39,519 nucleotides of DNA, from the NCBI GenBank assembly GCA_050261115.1, contig JBLNCY010000016.1, positions 1-39,519 on the forward strand, given 5' to 3'. Shown one piece after another: positions 36,322 to 39,519 of this stretch. Position 1 is the stretch's first letter, and each line of letters begins with the position of its first letter. The DNA is from Methanocella sp. GTDB lineage: Archaea > Thermoproteota > Bathyarchaeia > Bathyarchaeales > Bathycorpusculaceae. Position numbers and translations under genes: made by a program. The notes beneath the pieces are model-generated. The model saw only the letters and a program-made list of their open reading frames with translations. It was not told the DNA's origin and did not search any database.

Positions 36322-39159
36322 TTAGGCTGGTGTGTGTTCGCGGTTTTCTTTAACCAGCGGTTTGGTCTCGACGATTGGCAGCTCTTCTTGGTCTTTGGCT
36401 ATGGGGGCGGCGGGTTTTTCGGTTGGCGGTTGGGGTAGGCGTTTTTGTATGCATTGGACGTCTATGTCCTCGCTTCTTAAGTCAAGTGTACCTTTGACTG
36501 TGCCGTCGCTTAGGTACTCGATGGTGAAGCCCATCTTTTTAGTCAAGCTAATCGCGCGGTAGTTGTCCTGTAGCATAATCGCATAGACGCTCTCGATTCC
36601 TTTCTCCTTAGCTATGTCTAGGCTGTAGTCAACTAGTTTTGTGCCTAAGCCGAGTCCCTGCCAGTAGTCGGATACGATAAAGGCCATTTCGCCGTGTTTA
36701 CCGTCAGGCTCTATGCTTACCCTGCTCACGCCTAATATCTTGCGTTTGCCGTTCTCAACGATTTCAGCGACTAGTGCCACTTCCCGGTCATAGTCAACGT
36801 TGCAGTAGCGTACGCGTACTTCGTGGGGTGTGTCTTTGAGCATTTGGAAGAATCGGTAGCGAATGGATTCTTCGCTTAAGCTTTGGAACCATTCAAGCCA
36901 CATGGGTTCATCTTCGGGTTTGATGGGTCGAAGGAGGACTTCTTGGCCGTTCTTTAGCAGCCAGAGGGTCTCGTACTTCTTGGGGTAGGGGCTGATAACC
37001 ATGTGCTCGTGAGCCTCAAACTTTTTGCATACTTTTTCTTTGTCTAAAACGATACGTGCATCAAGTATGGTGGCGTCTTTGTCACTTATAAGGAGTGGGT
37101 TGATGTCGATTTCCTTGATTTGCGGGAAGTCAATTAAGAGCTGGCTGAATTGCAGTATGGTTTCGTCGAGGCGTTTTAGGTCTACTGCTGTGGAGCCTCG
37201 GTAGCCTTTGAGTAAGCGGTAGATTTTGGTTTCTTCCATCATGCGTCGAATCAGGGTAGTGTTTAATGGTGGGAGCCCGATGGAGACGTCTTTGAAGAGT
37301 TCCACGCCGACGCCGCCCATGCCAAAGATGATAACGGGGCCAAATACGGGGTCGGTTTTGCCTCCGATGATGACTTCTTGGCCGCGTTTCTCAACCATAG
37401 GCTGGACTGTTACGCCGATGATTTGTGCCTGAGGGTTATAGGCGGTTGCTCGTTGAATGAGTAATTCGAAGGCGTCGCGGACTTCTCTTGGGCTGTTGAC
37501 GTTTAGTATGACTCCGCCGGCGTCTGATTTGTGGATAATCTGGGGGGAGAGTATCTTTAGTACCACTGGGAAGCCCATTTCAGTTGCAAAGGCGACTGCT
37601 TCGTCAACGTTGTTGGCGACTGCGGTGCGGACGACGGGGAAGTTGTAGTATTTGAGGATCTTTTTGGCTTCATCCTCGGTTAAGATTTCTCTGTCTTCTG
37701 CCACCGCATTCTTAAGGATAGCAAGGATGGGGCGTTTGGGTGGAGCAGCATCCACTGGCAGTTCTTCGGGTGTTTCATAGAGGTCTTCTATGTTACATTG
37801 ATAGTTGTACATGTACATGTAGGTCTTTAGTGCCTGCTCAGGTGTGCTGTAGGTGGGGATGTTGTTGGCGTTGAGGATAGAATTGGCTTCCTGTACTGCG
37901 CCAAAACCCATAAAGGAAGTTACGATAGTCTTGTTCTGGTAGGGTTTGCTTCTGACCAACTCGACGATGTCTTTAGCGATCTGGATTGCCTCAGAAACCG
38001 CTTGCTGAGTGAAAATAACTAGAATACCATCAACGTTCTCGTCGTTTAGGGCCGCTTCCATGGCTGCCTTGTAGCGGTCTGCTTTAGCGTCCCCTAAAAC
38101 GTCGATGGGGTTACCGTGACTCCAGAATGGAGGCAGGACGCCGTTGAGGGTATCAATGGTCTTTTGGTTAAGTTTCGCGAGTTGTCCCCCGAAGCTGATT
38201 AGTGCGTCGGTCGCCATGACTCCGGGGCCGCCGGCGTTGGTGATAATGGCAACCCTGTTACCCTTCGGCAGCGGTTGAGTGCCAAGGACTTCTGCAGCGT
38301 TGAAGAGATCAGCGATTTCATTTACGCGGACGATACCTGCCCGTTTGAAGGCGGCATCGTAGATTTCGTCAGCGCCACTAAGTGAGCCTGTGTGTGAGGC
38401 TGCGGCTTTTGCGCTTTCATTGAATCTGCCGGATTTTACGACTATGATGGGTTTGGTTCGGGCAAAGTGCCTTGCTGCGCTCATGAATTTGCGTGCCTGT
38501 GTGATGCCCTCGACATACATCAAGATGCTCTTGGTTTTGGGGTCAGAGCCGAAGTAGTCGATTAAGTCGCCGAAGTCGACATCAATCATTGAGCCGACGG
38601 AGACAAAGTTGCTAAAACCGATGTTTTCATGAATAGCCCAGTCAAGGATGGCGGAGCCGAGTGCGCCGCTCTGTGAGAGAAATGCTACGTTGCCTGCCTT
38701 GGGCATCTTGTCAAGAAATGTTGCGTTAAGGTTTATTCTTGGACGGAGGACACCGATACAGTTGGGTCCAATAACGCGTACGCCATACTTTTTGGCTATA
38801 GCACCAACCTGATCCTCAAGTGCTTTCCCTTCGGGACCCACTTCTTTGAAGCCTGCGGATACGATGATTACCCCTTTTACTTTGGCTCTACCGCATTCCT
38901 CCATGACGCCAGGAACAGTTTTAGCTGGCGTCGCAACCATAGCTAAATCGATTTCTTCCGGTATCTGTTCTACTGTTGGGTAAGTTTTAACGCCCAAAAT
39001 TTCTGGCTTCTTTATGTTGACAAAGTATACTTTTCCTGCAAAACCTGATTGAGTAAAGTTTTTGACGATGGCATAACCGACCGATCCCTCTACGTCGCTT
39101 GCACCGATGATGGCTACTGTTTGAGGATTGAAAACTTTGTCGAGATTTGTTGTGACCAT
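36322..39159 (-). CDS. NDP-forming acyl-CoA synthetase (alpha plus beta) fused to a C-terminal GNAT domain (Pat-like)
   Basis: IIGAS, GPNCIG, SQSGALG, AASHTGSL, TNAGGPG, NPIDVLGDA, IHKSDAGGV, DINPLL, and GNAT motif WQGLGLGTKL. Confidence 0.92.
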   Translation of the reverse strand: MVTTNLDKVFNPQTVAIIGASDVEGSVGYAIVKNFTQSGFAGKVYFVNIKKPEILGVKTYPTVEQIPEEIDLAMVATPAKTVPGVMEECGRAKVKGVIIVSAGFKEVGPEGKALEDQVGAIAKKYGVRVIGPNCIGVLRPRINLNATFLDKMPKAGNVAFLSQSGALGSAILDWAIHENIGFSNFVSVGSMIDVDFGDLIDYFGSDPKTKSILMYVEGITQARKFMSAARHFARTKPIIVVKSGRFNESAKAAASHTGSLSGADEIYDAAFKRAGIVRVNEIADLFNAAEVLGTQPLPKGNRVAIITNAGGPGVMATDALISFGGQLAKLNQKTIDTLNGVLPPFWSHGNPIDVLGDAKADRYKAAMEAALNDENVDGILVIFTQQAVSEAIQIAKDIVELVRSKPYQNKTIVTSFMGFGAVQEANSILNANNIPTYSTPEQALKTYMYMYNYQCNIEDLYETPEELPVDAAPPKRPILAILKNAVAEDREILTEDEAKKILKYYNFPVVRTAVANNVDEAVAFATEMGFPVVLKILSPQIIHKSDAGGVILNVNSPREVRDAFELLIQRATAYNPQAQIIGVTVQPMVEKRGQEVIIGGKTDPVFGPVIIFGMGGVGVELFKDVSIGLPPLNTTLIRRMMEETKIYRLLKGYRGSTAVDLKRLDETILQFSQLLIDFPQIKEIDINPLLISDKDATILDARIVLDKEKVCKKFEAHEHMVISPYPKKYETLWLLKNGQEVLLRPIKPEDEPMWLEWFQSLSEESIRYRFFQMLKDTPHEVRVRYCNVDYDREVALVAEIVENGKRKILGVSRVSIEPDGKHGEMAFIVSDYWQGLGLGTKLVDYSLDIAKEKGIESVYAIMLQDNYRAISLTKKMGFTIEYLSDGTVKGTLDLRSEDIDVQCIQKRLPQPPTEKPAAPIAKDQEELPIVETKPLVKENREHTPA

Positions 39160-39441
39160 CCATATCCTCTCGATAATCTTCGAAGGGGATGTGTATGCGA
39201 CAAATTAAAGCTTATTGTTCGAGAATCATTATTTTTAGAAGCCAAAGCTGATTATATATCACAAAAGAGAAGATTTAACTTTTCAGAATTCAGGCGCAAG
39301 CAAAACCCAGAGGGAGACAGTTGGAGAGACAGGGTTTACCTTTTTATGGTGTTGTCAAGACATCGCCTGCAAATGTCCTTCGAGGAAATGGCTGTTTTTA
39401 CCAATAATATTTTTATGTCACACTCCATCCTAGATTCACAC

Positions 39442-39517
39442 GCTGGGGTGGCCGAATCGCTGAGGCGGTAGCCTGCAGAGCTGCTCTATATGGGTTCAAT
39501 TCCCATCCCCAGCTCCA
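39442..39517 (+). tRNA. tRNA-Cys (GCA), intronless, CCA encoded
   Basis: Acceptor GCTGGGG/CCCCAGC, discriminator T, anticodon arm GTAGC-CTGCAGA-GCTGC, T arm ATGGG-TTCAATT-CCCAT. Confidence 0.93.
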
Positions 39518-39519
39518 AT

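Noticed and set aside
39049-39471. 140-aa plus-strand ORF
   Set aside because: Overlaps the start of the Pat-like gene in antisense and runs into the tRNA, with no coding features.

Overview
Archaeal chromosomal window. Gene content points to Bathyarchaeia (inference from the DGGGP synthase, archaeal SRP RNA, tandem Lrp/AsnC beside PQQ-like beta-propeller paralogs, and PAS kinase). Left to right: a 2-repeat CRISPR mini-array with leader beside decayed cas4 and cas2 remnants, PAS histidine kinase, SRP RNA, FMN glutamate-synthase-family gene, trpEGDCBA, Mo-pterin oxidoreductase, cutA, wHTH protein, double Lrp regulator, two secreted beta-propeller paralogs, DGGGP synthase, uvrA, uvrB, nitroreductase, Zn dehydrogenase, lsrF-like gene, small proteins, an orphan 14-repeat CRISPR array, hoxEFUYH, an acyl-CoA synthetase-GNAT fusion and tRNA-Cys. 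Best candidate for a new system: trpE has no in-frame ATG/GTG/TTG for its first ~150 codons. Instead a short upstream ORF (ATG GGG AAT CAC CTT TGG C) overlaps it, and a prfB-like +1 slip (CUU to UUU) at its single Trp codon enters the trpE frame. This suggests a tryptophan-sensing programmed ribosomal frameshift controlling the operon, although a 1-nt sequence error must be excluded. Second candidate: a shared structured 5' leader RNA in front of both beta-propeller paralogs.
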